A DNA stretch of 63,473 bases, counting the filler, from Saprolegnia diclina VS20 (taxonomy: Eukaryota), in NCBI RefSeq assembly GCF_000281045.1. It is 9 parts of 2 records of this genome, joined end to end, with 100 filler letters (N's around TTAATTAATTAA, not from the genome) between each part and the next. Parts side by side here need not be neighbours in the genome. Positions count along the whole stretch, not along the records: positions 17,409 to 35,394 come from NW_008246075.1; positions 35,495 to 49,410 come from NW_008246075.1; 7 more parts are not named here. One strand, given 5' to 3'. This document shows, piece by piece, positions 24,158 to 35,659 of this stretch. The notes beneath the pieces were generated by a model. The model was not told where the DNA came from. It worked only from the letters and a program-made list of their open reading frames with translations, and did no database searches. The position numbers and the translations under genes are program-made. How positions within the stretch are numbered: the stretch's first letter is position 1; the number at the start of each line of letters is the position of its first letter.

Positions 24158-27100
24158 ATGGACGTTGCAGGCCTCATCGACCAGCTCGTGGTCTGCCTCC
24201 ATGGCAGCCCCAACCCCGCGCTGACGTCGCTCTCGCTGCGCATCCTCTCGAGCCGGCTCGGCAACGCCGGCCACCACAGCGCCAACGACATGGTACGATG
24301 GCGGTCCCGGCGAAGCTCCGCCCATGCGTGCCTCCTAGCTCAGCATCACGCAGAAGATCCAGCGCCACTTGTCCGAGATACCGATGACCTACGACCGTAG
24401 CCGCGCGCTTGACCGGTTCCAAGCACTCCAGCAGGACTTTCTCACGCATGCCATGCTGCACAAGAAGGCGGCGCTGCTCACGACGCTCCTCAAGCTCAGC
24501 CTCGACACGGACCCGGACGTCTCGACGCTGTATGTGCCCATGCCGCTGCCGTCGACCAAGCCCGCACCGCCTTTGGTACGCAAGTTGAACCCCTCGTTGC
24601 ATGCATCAAGCGATCGTCGCATGTACAGATGTCGGACGCCCGGCCGACGAGCGCCGAACCGACCACCAAGCCCAAGCCCTCGGACGAAGCCGCCTTCCGC
24701 GCCTTCACCAAGCAGCACGACCAGTCGTGCGAGATCCCCGAGTCGGTGCTTTTAAAGGAAGTCCTTTATGCATTCCAGGGCATCGACTCCAAGTACATCT
24801 ACTTCAACCCAGCGATCGAACGCTTCGAGGTCGCCCGGCACGTTGGCGTGCCCCTCCGTACACATATCTTCTTCCGTATGCATTTATTTCTCACGCGTCT
24901 TTAGCGATGCGCGACTTGATCCGCAAGCTCACTGAAGTCGGGTGGCTCTACTCGCGCCTCGCCAGCTTCATCGAGCGCCACAGCGATGTCGAGGCCAACG
25001 GCGTCGTATGCTCTTGTATCAATCGATCAAGTATTGTCGACCAATTTGCAATAGATTTGCCAGAGCTTTTGCCACGCGCTAAAGACCGAGCTCTCGGACT
25101 TTTACCGGCTCGTGGCCCTTCTCTCAGCGCAGGTCGACATGGACACGGACGCCACGACGACCAGCGCGCCGCATTTGACGCTCAAGCGGCTCTACGTCTG
25201 GACCCAAGACCCGTTAGATCGTCTCCGTGTGATGGCGTGCCTCGTCGACAGGTACAAAGTGCAAGGTATCGCCGACGATGACGACAATACTTTGGGTAGC
25301 GTCGACGGGCTCCGCGGTGGCGCCCTCGCAACCGGCATCCACATGTACATGGAGCACGGCGACCCGTTCGTCAAGAGTCTGATCCAGACGATCCTCAACC
25401 AAGTCGCGGCGCCGATTCTGAGCATGATTCAAAAATGGACGCTCGAAGGCGCGCTGGATGACGTTTATGTACACCATCTAGTGTCATATCGAGTATCGAC
25501 GCGACCGCCGATCTTGTCTAGAACGAGTTTTTCGTGGCGGGCGACCCAACCGTGCAAGACGACCAGCTTTGGAGCCACAAGTACCACGTCGAGTACACGA
25601 TGCTGCCGCATTTCATCTCCAAGTACGTCGACCTTTTGTCGGCAAATTGAATTTCGCATTTTGGAATGTAGGGACCTCGCCCACACCATCTTTGTCATTG
25701 GCAAAAGTCTCAATTTCATTCGCACGTGCTGTGGAGACACCGAGGTATAGGGTTAGCATGTGCGACACGATGTTTATACAAGATATGTCTAGTGGGTCCT
25801 GGAAACCGAGCTCCAGAACGACACGCTCACGTTCGAGCACTGGTCCGCTAGGGAATGATTCGACGCGTTATACAACTCCATGGATAGGATTGAATTTCAA
25901 GCGTGGATCGACCGTGCAGCGCGTGAGACGAACGCGTATGTGACAAAGATCCTCTTGGGCAAGTACCAGCTGCTTGACCACTGCCGCGCGCTCAAGCAGT
26001 ACCTTCTCCTTGGTCAGGTACGCGATTTTGTGTGTGATTTTTGAGGCATTTTGCATGCATTTTTAATAGGGAGATTTCATCCAGTGCCTCATGGACCTCC
26101 TCGGGCCCGAGCTCTCGAAGCGCGCGTCGCAGCTGTACCGTCATAATTTGATGAACGTACTCGAGACGGCACTGAACGCGTCCAACGCCAAGTACGAGGT
26201 CCGTCGCCCGCATTTTCTCTGAAATGGATTGCTAACGATTTTTAACGGGATAGTCGGCCGAGATTTTGAGCCGCCTCGACGTCAAGCTGCACCAAGCCGC
26301 CGCTGGCGACGAAGGCTGGGACGTCTTTGCCTTGCACTACAAGCTCCAGCCGCCACTCAACACGGTGATCCAAGAGACAACCATGTCCGAGTACCTTCGC
26401 ATGTTTTCGTTCCTCTTCCGCGTCAAGCGCGTCGAGCACTCGCTCACGTCGTGCTGGGGCCGCGACATGAACCTCCTCAACGACATCAGCGTACAACGAT
26501 TCCCTCTCTTTAGTGCATGGTCTAGAACAGGTGGTGTAGAAGACGCTGCCGGAAGCGCGGGCCGTCATGCACCACTGCAACCTGCTTCGGTCCGAGATGA
26601 TTCACTTTACGACAAATTTGCACAACTACATGATGTTTGAGGTAAATATCCCGATTTCTCAACCGAAAAATGAAGTTTACCTAAAATCTAGGTGCTCGAG
26701 ACGTCGTGGCACACGCTGCTCAAGAACGTCAAGGCCGCGTCCGACCTCGACGAGCTCATTGCGGCTCATCATGCCTACTTGTATACGATCAAGAAGAACG
26801 TACGCCCATGTACCGTGGATGTATCCCGTCGAAGCTACCTTGTAGGCGTTTTTGATGGACGAGAGCAAGCCGATGCTGCTCCAGCTCAAGCTCATCTTTG
26901 ATACGATCATTACGTTTTGCAAGCTCCAAGACTCGCTGTACACGTCGGCGATGCGGGAAGCGCACGTGCTCCGCCAACAAGCCAAGGACCGCCACGTACG
27001 CGCCAGCGCAATGCCATCACTCAAATGCAATTGTGGATAGGGCGACTGGGGCATCTCGGTGCACGACCGGTCGTCACCATCGGTGTTTGCGCCCACCTCG

Positions 27101-27313
27101 GCGTATGTGACGCAGATGCGCACGATTGCCACCGACTACAATGCGCACTTTCAATCGCTTCTCGAGATCCTCAAGAGCCACTCGATCGGGTACCTCATGT
27201 TGTGTACACAAGTGTCCTAATGACGTGCCAACTGTAGCTCTGAGAACCTCCCGTTTCTGACATTCCGCCTCGACTTTAACGAGTACTATGCGCGCAAGCG
27301 CGCGACCGATTAG
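24158..27313 (+). CDS. TUBGCP3: Gamma-tubulin complex component 3 (Spc98/GCP3), about 15-16 short introns
   Basis: LLKEVLYAFQGIDSKYI, LTLKRLYVW, HGDPFV, IFVIGKSLNFIR, ALKQYLLLGQGDFIQ, GWDVFALHY, C-terminal LTFRLDFNEYY. Exons flanked by GT..AG. Confidence 0.92.
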
Positions 27314-27400
27314 AGCTTGAAAACACAATCGATACGTTGATACAAACTTGATACTTGGAGATGGGTGCGACCACAATAACGACGCGTAAAAATACATTGT

Positions 27401-28875
27401 ATGGGCGAACCGGGCTATGGCGGCGCCACTTGGGGCGACGACCTTCAGATCTACAAGGTCCGGTCTTGTCTTGGAGCTTCTGGCACCGAGCTAGCGTAGG
27501 CCAAGAAGGCGGTCGTGCCGTGGCGCACTGAGGACCAACTGCCTGTCAAGCACGTGACGCGGTACGTGAAAGCCCGAGAAGAGCGCGAGTACGACCTCGT
27601 GCGGGCCGAGTACCGCGATGTCCAGCGTGTACGACCCACTACGATCGTAGTTGCAAGTGGTTTCTTATCGTATATTAGGAAGCGGCGACCAAGGACATGG
27701 AGATCAAGGCCCGCCTCGAGCACCTCATGGCGGCCAAGGTAGACAATGACATGATCGTATACATATAAGGATGATGGGGTATTAGGCCAAGCAGAGCAAA
27801 TACGTTCAAAAACACAACTTGATCAACCACTACTGCGCCGAGAAGGATCCGCCGATCTCGACGAACCTGCCGCCCAACACGCGCGTCGGCTACAACATTG
27901 TGACCAACGTGGCGCTCACGACGCCGCCGAGCAAGGTGGTCAAGCCCGAGGATGCGTACAAGGGCAAGAAAATGGTCGAGTCGCCGCACATTTCCAGGCC
28001 GTTTAGCGTCATCAGCAACAAGTAGGCCAATGCTCTCTCTTCCATAAAGCATAGTGTGCGGCAGGTACCACACGGAGCACGAGACGCGTGCGCTGGCCGA
28101 AACCGAAGCCGCCAAAGCCAAAGCCATCGCCAAGTTCAACAAGACGCGCGACTTTGACCCGCTCCTCTCGCGCTACTACAATGCCGACAAAGAAGCGTCG
28201 TTTCTCGCTGCTCGGGACGCCTATGCCAAAGTCCGTCTCCTATGGTCCGTTCGTGCTTCACAGAATGATTAGGTGCACGGTGTGGGCCGCGACGATACAC
28301 TGCCGTACGGCGAGCAGTACAGCGCTGGGCGTCTCTACAACATAATCAACCAAAAGATTCTGCGCCCGGAAAAGTACGCCAAGGTGACCAACGTGGTCAA
28401 CCGCCGGCTCAACTGCATGAAGACCACGGTCCGCGGCTCCTCTGTCTTGGCCTGTGCCCATCGTTTGCTCTGTAGCAAGTCAACAAGGCGATTCAAGCAC
28501 GGGCCTTCCAAGAGGAGGACCGCGCGCTGGATCTGCGCTTGAACCGGTCGACGCATGCGCGAAATAGCCAAGCCTACGTGCACGGGTTCGATCCCGTGAC
28601 CAACCAGCCGTTCGAAGGCCGGTTGCGGAAGCCCAAGGTGCCACTGCGCACCAAATCGCATCCGACGCCGTGGGTGCGTCTCGAGGGTATGCGTCTCGTA
28701 TGTACAAGTTGTCTATAAATGGGTGGACACACTAGGTCCATCAAGCAATCAAGTAACCGAGAATGCCTTGCCGCGCGTGGCTGAGCCCATGCCGTACTCG
28801 GGTGTCAACCAGATCCAGCCGGAAATCATGTTTGTTGAGCACGAGACGACGAATCTGCCGCGGCTCGGGTCATAG
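27401..28875 (+). CDS. Multi-exon hypothetical protein, possibly flagellar/microtubule-associated
   Basis: MGEPGYGGATWGDDLQIYK start and about 7 short GT-AG introns. Repeated short motifs YNIVTN, FSVISN, FDPLLS, YNIINQ, FDPVTN. Confidence 0.7.
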
Positions 28876-28920
28876 ACACTACGTCCACAAGACGACAGTA
28901 ATGGTGTAAATGCCACGCAA

Positions 28921-29143
28921 GTTGTCCTTCAACTTTCAATGCCGCGTGGTAGCAGCAACGGCGGGTTTCTCTTCCGTCCTCGGTGTCGAGCGCGTGTCCA
29001 TTGGCTTTTGCTCATTCGTCGACGACGGCACGCTCGCACGCGCGTCTTTTTCTATATATTTTTTCTTTTTTAATGGTGTTCCGACCGAGGATCGAAGCGG
29101 GGGCCATACGTTGCCCTTCAATTTTCAATGCCGCGTTGGTAGC
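28921..29143. repeat. Imperfect ~33-bp direct repeat (28921-28953, 29110-29143)
   Basis: GTTGTCCTTCAACTTTCAATGCCGCG-TGGTAGC vs GTTGCCCTTCAATTTTCAATGCCGCGTTGGTAGC. Confidence 0.75.
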
Positions 29144-29467
29144 GAGTGCTTTCTATGGCCGTCCTATCTGTCACCACCTAGGGCTTGGATCGCGTGTCCG
29201 TCGACTCGAGGGTAGATGCGCATCTAGTATCATGTACCCTTGATTCACTGGACCTGGCTCCTCGACGTACATGACGCTTCAAGAGAGTCCTAAGCCGCGC
29301 AACACGCCATGCCTTCTGAAGACCCAAGCTATCTCTATTTACTCGTGTCGTAGCTTGTCGGGCTGCATGCAATGACGTCGCTCAGCCAAACGACAATATT
29401 CTCCACATGCGATAATATTAAAAAAATATATAAAATGGTTGTCAACAGCACCAACGCAAGACGCCGA

Positions 29468-31247
29468 CTAGAGCCGAATGCCCTTGAAGCCCCAAATCTC
29501 GACGGCCCAAATCTTGAACATTTCGTCCGACCCGGCGAGCGGGGGGTTTCTGAACGTTGTGCACTGCTGGGAAAAGCCGCGCTCGTCTTCCATGTGCAGG
29601 CAGAGCGCAAGGCCTTTCGGGCCGCCGCCCCACACGAGGCAGTCGGGCCCGTTGTACATGAACGCACTGTCGCCGCCCGACCACGCGTACACGCGCGGCT
29701 TCTTGCCCCGCGCGCAGCTAAAGACAAAGGTGCGGCCGTTGCCATACACTTTTCTGGTTTGCTGGAGCGAGCACGAGGAGAATGCTAGACAGAGGGTCGT
29801 CAGCATGCGCAAGAAGGCAGCGTCTACCTCCAAAGACGCGGTCGCACGTGTCCTTGACGACACAAATCGTCGGGCCTCGCCCAGCCACAAGCGCAAACAG
29901 TTGCAAGAGGCTAAAGCCGTGGATCTGCGTACTGTAGAGGAGCTGGAGGCTCGTGTCTTGCAGATGGAACGGCAACGCGTCGCGTAGACACTCGACGTGG
30001 TTGACCTTGAGGATCTCGGACCGTGGGTGCAGCTGCAGCCAGCCGTTCTTGCTCAGCTTGCGCGCTTCGTTCTGCCAGTGTTGGACGTCATAGAGTGGCG
30101 CCTTGTGGACAGGGCTCAGCGCCGCACTGTGCAGCTTGTACTCGCGCGAGTGCGGAAACATCGCATGCACCGTCGAGCCCGACGCGACCGGCTTGGGCGA
30201 CGCTGCGATCGTCGTCAAGTAGCTCTGGAAGAGCTCGGGGTGCCGGAACGTCATGGTCAGCGGCGCCGGCGTCACCTACATGATTTGGTGACAAGAAAGA
30301 TCAAGCGCAGGTTGCGACATGTCTACTTGAAGATAGCGGTCGAGCTGGTCGATGGACCACGCCGTGCACGGTTCGTTGTTGATCTCGAGAAGGACGTCGC
30401 CGGCTCGAAGCGTCGGAAAGTGCGCTTCCGGGTCCAAGATCTCGACCGTGCCGTAAATGCGAGTCGACGGCGCCAGCGCCATCTGCAGTGGCTTGGACGG
30501 AATCGTAATGGTCACTTCGCCGAGCTCGTCGCGATCTACGAAAGGCGTGAATATGAATATGCTGCCGGAGGAGGATCATGATGATCCTGGGTGTAGGTGG
30601 GACGTGGTCGTACCTGTAGGGGGATCGCTCTCGTCGAGGTCGTCGCGGGCCATGACCTACGCATCCGATGCAGCGTCAGCAACCAGCCCCGTCGAAATAC
30701 GAGCATGTACATGTCGCCACTGGTCGGCCGAGACGCGCGTGTTCCACGACTTTTGCTGGCGGCCATGCGGCGTGCCATTGCTGTATTCGTACGACTGCGG
30801 GAAGAGCGCCGTCGACGTCGAGTGCGAGTCGCAGTGCCCGTAGAGCTTGGGCTTGCGAAATGTGATTGTCAGCGGCACCTTGGTCTTGGCGAGGAGGCGG
30901 CGAAAGGCGTCGTTCGAGAGGCTTGTGACCGACCGGTCGTCGTTGACCGCCATCAAGACGTCGCCCTTCTCAAGGCCCAGCGGCGCGGTCGGCGGCACCG
31001 AGCTCACTTCCCATGTACCGTACAGCTGCGTCGACGGCACGAGGCCAATGCCGAGCGGCTTCTTCTCAAACGACAAGGTGATCTCGGCGCCTTGCGGCGA
31101 CAAGTCGAGGTTCATGCTCGGGCGGTGCGACGATGGCGGCGACGGCGTCGTCGGGAGCGGCGGAAGCGGCGGGAGCGGCGGAAGCGGCGAAGGTCCAAAG
31201 AGGGCGCTGCCGAAGAGCGCGCGGCCATGGCGGGCGACGAGCTCCAT
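29468..31247 (-). CDS. Protein with proline-rich N-terminus, two PDZ-like domains and C-terminal TLDc domain
   Basis: KKPLGIGL...LEKGDVLMAVND...PLTITFR; SKPLQMAL...LRAGDVLLEINN...PLTMTFR; TLDc motifs LLYSTQIHGFSL, VVKDT..RVFG, YGNGRTFVF, VEIWGF. Several short introns. Confidence 0.85.
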
Positions 31248-32930
31248 GCTTGTAGTTAGTTGTCTTTGCACTTGAAGATTCGTTGGAATATGACCCGTTT
31301 AAGCACCGACTAAAAAGTAGCCAATCACAATTCGCCGGGCCCGCGGCCTTTTGCGAGATTGCACTTGAATAGTGAGAAGCGGTAAACAGGACTGGCCGCA
31401 AGCTGTGGCGTTGCCAGAGTCACGCAACAGGCAGGTGGAGGCACAGGCTGTGACGCTCCTACGTCGACGACGCTATGGCCGCTGATTGGCCAGCATGGAC
31501 GCCGATGGCGGCTTTTTTGACGCCGGTCCCGTGGCCGAGAGACACCGAGTGGCCAAGTCCCACTCGAAACGACGCCACGTATCTTCGGCGCTCCACAAAG
31601 TCATCAAGAACTAAGATCTCATTGCCCTACAATGTCATAAAACGACTTTGCATTGGCCACCTCGTGACCTCGGGACCTCGCAACCTTGGGTCGAGTCGAA
31701 GTATGAGTCCACGCCCGACGTCTAACGACCAACAACACGCATGTCAACAGGTGCGACTAACGCGTGAGGTCAACAGAGTGGGCTGCAACCTTGGCGTAAC
31801 TCGACCCCGTGTCTTTGCCGACCAAGACGGTAATCGTCGTACAGGCGCGGCGGCCGAGCAAAATTTGCCGTCTTGCCGACTGAAAAAGGGAGCCGACGAT
31901 GTGGTTACCTTCGGGATTACAATGGTCGAATGGTCTTGATCTATTGGAGCGTCGCACGCGTTTTCTTGGGTGCGCAATCCTTTTAGTACAAAATATGGCG
32001 CCAACGATTCCCATATTTTGTGTTTTCAGCACCAACTACTGTATGGGAATGTTGGTGGATCGTCAAGTATGTCCTAGTCTAGTCGCTTCGCGTGCTTCGG
32101 GCGATTTACCATATCGTCACAAACGTCGTGCACAATACGTGCGTGTCGGACCACATTTTAGCCATCCCAATAAAATAGACTTCGAGAGGGACAAGCCCGT
32201 TCGGAGCGGCAGAACGTTCACGCGTCGTTCTTGTCCCGCCGCCGAAGCGTAGCGAGGTGTGCGAAATCAAATGCTAGAAATACCAGAACGGTTTCCACAT
32301 GTGGAAGAGACTGGTACGATTCGACTTGCATTTGCGGATCTTCAAGCCGTGGCTACGCCACCTTGAAGTCTGGCGGAGCAGTGTGGCGTGCACGTACGAC
32401 AAGGGCGCCGGCATAAAAACAGCGCGCAACCTAGGATTGCAAGCGCGTGACCAACGTAGACGTGCCAAGGTGCCAGTGCGACCAATATTTCCCGCCACGA
32501 ATAACCGCTCCTTCGCAGGCACATGTCCCAAGGCTTTGCCGATCTTCGAACGTCGAACTGTTGGCGATTGCTGAGAAGATGAATTTACTGCATAGCGAAC
32601 CTCTGCCCAATGCGCCTCCCCAATGGCTCCTGCATGTACACATCACGAAGAACACGCTTCAGGACCAAGAAGCAAGCGCGAGCGACTTGTTGTTTAGCTC
32701 ATTTTTTCATTACGACTTCGGCAGTCGTCGTCGCGTCCACGATAGCAATGCGAGTCTAATACTTTAATTCTGGTGGTGGATTCGTGACATTCGAAACCCG
32801 GATTAACGTTACAGTAAATTTCGAATACAGACTGACCAAACCAGAGGCGCGTCGCGATTCGCTAAGGCAACTTCAAGCAAAACCGGCTGTCTGCGACCAC
32901 CTGCACTGATCGGACGGTGGCGATTCGACT

Positions 32931-32946
32931 TCACTTTCCGATTTGC
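32931..32946 (+). promoter_or_regulatory. Inr+FPR core promoter of kinase gene
   Basis: TCACTTTCCGATTTGC about 45 bp upstream of ATG 32989. Confidence 0.6.
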
Positions 32947-32988
32947 TCCGTGAGTGCGCATCCAAATCCACTCGTCCTCTCCTGCACC

Positions 32989-33816
32989 ATGGACCGCTAC
33001 CAGGTCGCCACGATCCTCGCGCCCGCGCAAGGCGGCGACATCCTCCTCTGCCGCCACAAAGCCAGCCACGTCCCGTACGTGATCAAGCGCATCGCGCGCA
33101 CGCCATCGACCAAGGACAACATTGCCATGGAGCTCCACGCGTACTCGCTGCTCCACGACCGCGAGACGCACCTTCTCGGCGCCGACCACGTTCTCCAGAT
33201 GGCCGAGGTCTTTGAAGAAAAAAAGCAAGTGCACTTGGTGCTCGAGTATTGCGCGCGCGGCGAGTTTTACAATCTGCTGAAAGCGCAGCCGCATGCGCGC
33301 TGCGAGGCGTCCGAGGCCCAGGGCTACTTTGGCCAAATCGCCCAAGGTCTCTACTACATGCACGACCACGGCGTCGCGCACCGCGATCTTTCGCTCGAAA
33401 ACATCTTTGTCGACGGCAACGGCGCGCTCAAGATCGGCGACTTTGGCCTCGCAGTCTCGTTTCCAAGTGTCGCGGCCAAAGCCTGCGGCAAGCTCTACTA
33501 CATGGCGCCCGAAATGCACACGCACCCGGACGGGTACGACCCGAGCAAGGTCGACTTGTGGTCGCTCGGTATCGTGCTCTGGATGCTGCTCACGGGTCTT
33601 CCGCTTGTGAGCAACTCGAGTATTGGCGACGAGACGTTTTTGTACCTCCAGCGCCACGGCCTGCGCGCGCTCGTGCGTGCGTGGCAGTTGACCTCACTTG
33701 TGCCGGACGATGCGCTCGACTTGCTCGAGCGCCTGCTTGTCGCGGACCCGGCCAAGAGACTGAGCATGCCAGGTGTCTTGAAACACCGCTACTGCGCTGC
33801 GACGTCGGTCGCGTAG
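32989..33816 (+). CDS. Ser/Thr protein kinase, CAMK-like (HRDLSLEN type), intronless, 275 aa
   Basis: VIK, HRDLSLEN, DFG, YMAPE, DLWSLG, DPAKR motifs. Confidence 0.93.
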   Translation: MDRYQVATILAPAQGGDILLCRHKASHVPYVIKRIARTPSTKDNIAMELHAYSLLHDRETHLLGADHVLQMAEVFEEKKQVHLVLEYCARGEFYNLLKAQPHARCEASEAQGYFGQIAQGLYYMHDHGVAHRDLSLENIFVDGNGALKIGDFGLAVSFPSVAAKACGKLYYMAPEMHTHPDGYDPSKVDLWSLGIVLWMLLTGLPLVSNSSIGDETFLYLQRHGLRALVRAWQLTSLVPDDALDLLERLLVADPAKRLSMPGVLKHRYCAATSVA

Positions 33817-35494
33817 CTGCATGTGTCGCGTCTATTTATTATTTAATACAAACTTACATCAACATCCTCGCGAGTGTGTCACTTTGGGAAGAAAGATCTT
33901 GGCGCCAAGCCGAGAGCTGCTTGCGATGCAAGGTTGCGTCCAAATAGCGAGGCTCCGAGCGTTCAACGCGTCGTCGCTTCGTATGGACAACAATAATTGC
34001 TGGCGCTCAGCTCTGTAGCCCAGTACACAGTGGACTAGCGCGGTACGAGGACTCGACTTCCTCAGCGGAAAGCCTCTGGCAAGGGTAACGTTAACGTTAC
34101 CTTACATTGGCTGGCATGAGATGATGTTCCAGCCAGTTCGAGCCCATCATTGAGCAGTGCCGAGTATGATATCGAGCTTGGTTTCGTCCAACGGCGCACT
34201 CGTGTCGCTTGTCTCGATACCTGGTAGTCAGCAGCGCGAGTGGCGCGGGCAAGCTTGCCTTGCCTTGATGGTCAGCGACTCGAACGACGTCGGGGAAGTA
34301 CAGCTCTCGCCCGACGCTATTGCTGTCCCCAAGCGACAACGAATGTCCGACGCGGCTGCTGCGCCACTCCAATGGTCGCGCATCGAACACTCCACGACAA
34401 TCAACGAGACCGACTACCTCTGCTTCTGCCTCTACTCAAGGACATCGGACGAGAGCTGCCCGAGGTGCGTTGGCGTATCCGGATTTCCTGTAGTTATCCG
34501 GATGCTGGCGAGTGCCATGACATCGGCAGTGATCACTGACAGTTACACATATCTCGTGCCTTTGAAACCGTCAGAAAAGGAAATCTCGTGAAAGGCAGTA
34601 GGTTCAGACTCCAAGGCACCGTGCGACGATCGCAGGCTTTGTGCGTTCGCGATATCTCGTACTCGACACTCTCGGTACGAATATTGCATGACATCGTGGC
34701 TGCGTGCACTGGCCGTGCATGCACGGGTACGCACGGTATATTTTCGGTTTTAAAAGGTGCGCGAATTTGGTATACTGCCGATGGGGTTGTGTATCAAACG
34801 AGCGCGCCTACGGTTGATCGTGATCACCGCCAAGAATAGGGCGCCATCATCGAAGGATCGAGCACAGCTTTGTTGGGCAGAGATCGCCACGTGTCTTGGC
34901 GTGATCTGGAACATCGCGCAATTACGCGGTGCGATGCTTGGTCCAACAGCAATGCTTCGTGTGCTCAAAGCACGGACAATGAGCCCCTTCGCGATTGGCT
35001 GCAAGCGGCACTCTGCGGCAGAATGCCTTGAAACCGCCACGAGAAGAACCGTCGATTGCGGTACGTGAGACTATACTTACGCCCCAAAACACCTTTGCAC
35101 AGTGATCACTGTATGGGTTGCATGCTTCCCATCGTCTGCTTTTGCGCTCCAGCAATACATGCAAGGTATGACATCGTGGATGACCTGAACCATTGCAGGA
35201 CCTTACGTGCGCCTCGTTGGCTACCGGGAGGGTGGGAGGGTAGGAGATAGTACTGAATTACGAACCAAGCAGCGTGTCGTCCGACAAATTGTACGCCTCG
35301 CTCATTCATTGGTCCTCGCTTAAATCGCTGCGGCTTGTGATTGGTAAAGTAACCGTCTCGTTGCGGGACGTGCAACCGCGGGGTCGCGCCTTCTNNNNNN
35401 NNNNNNNNNNNNNNNNNNNNNNNNNNNNNNNNNNNNNNTTAATTAATTAANNNNNNNNNNNNNNNNNNNNNNNNNNNNNNNNNNNNNNNNNNNN

Positions 35495-35589
<95 letters not shown>
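35495..35589. repeat. (ATCT)n microsatellite at contig end
   Basis: About 24 perfect tetranucleotide units adjoining the linker. Confidence 0.97.
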
Positions 35590-35659
35590 GAGATATATCG
35601 ATATATCAAGTTGTTCTAAGAGAGGCCAGTAGAAACAAACAGCAGTCTTTTCTATAGTC

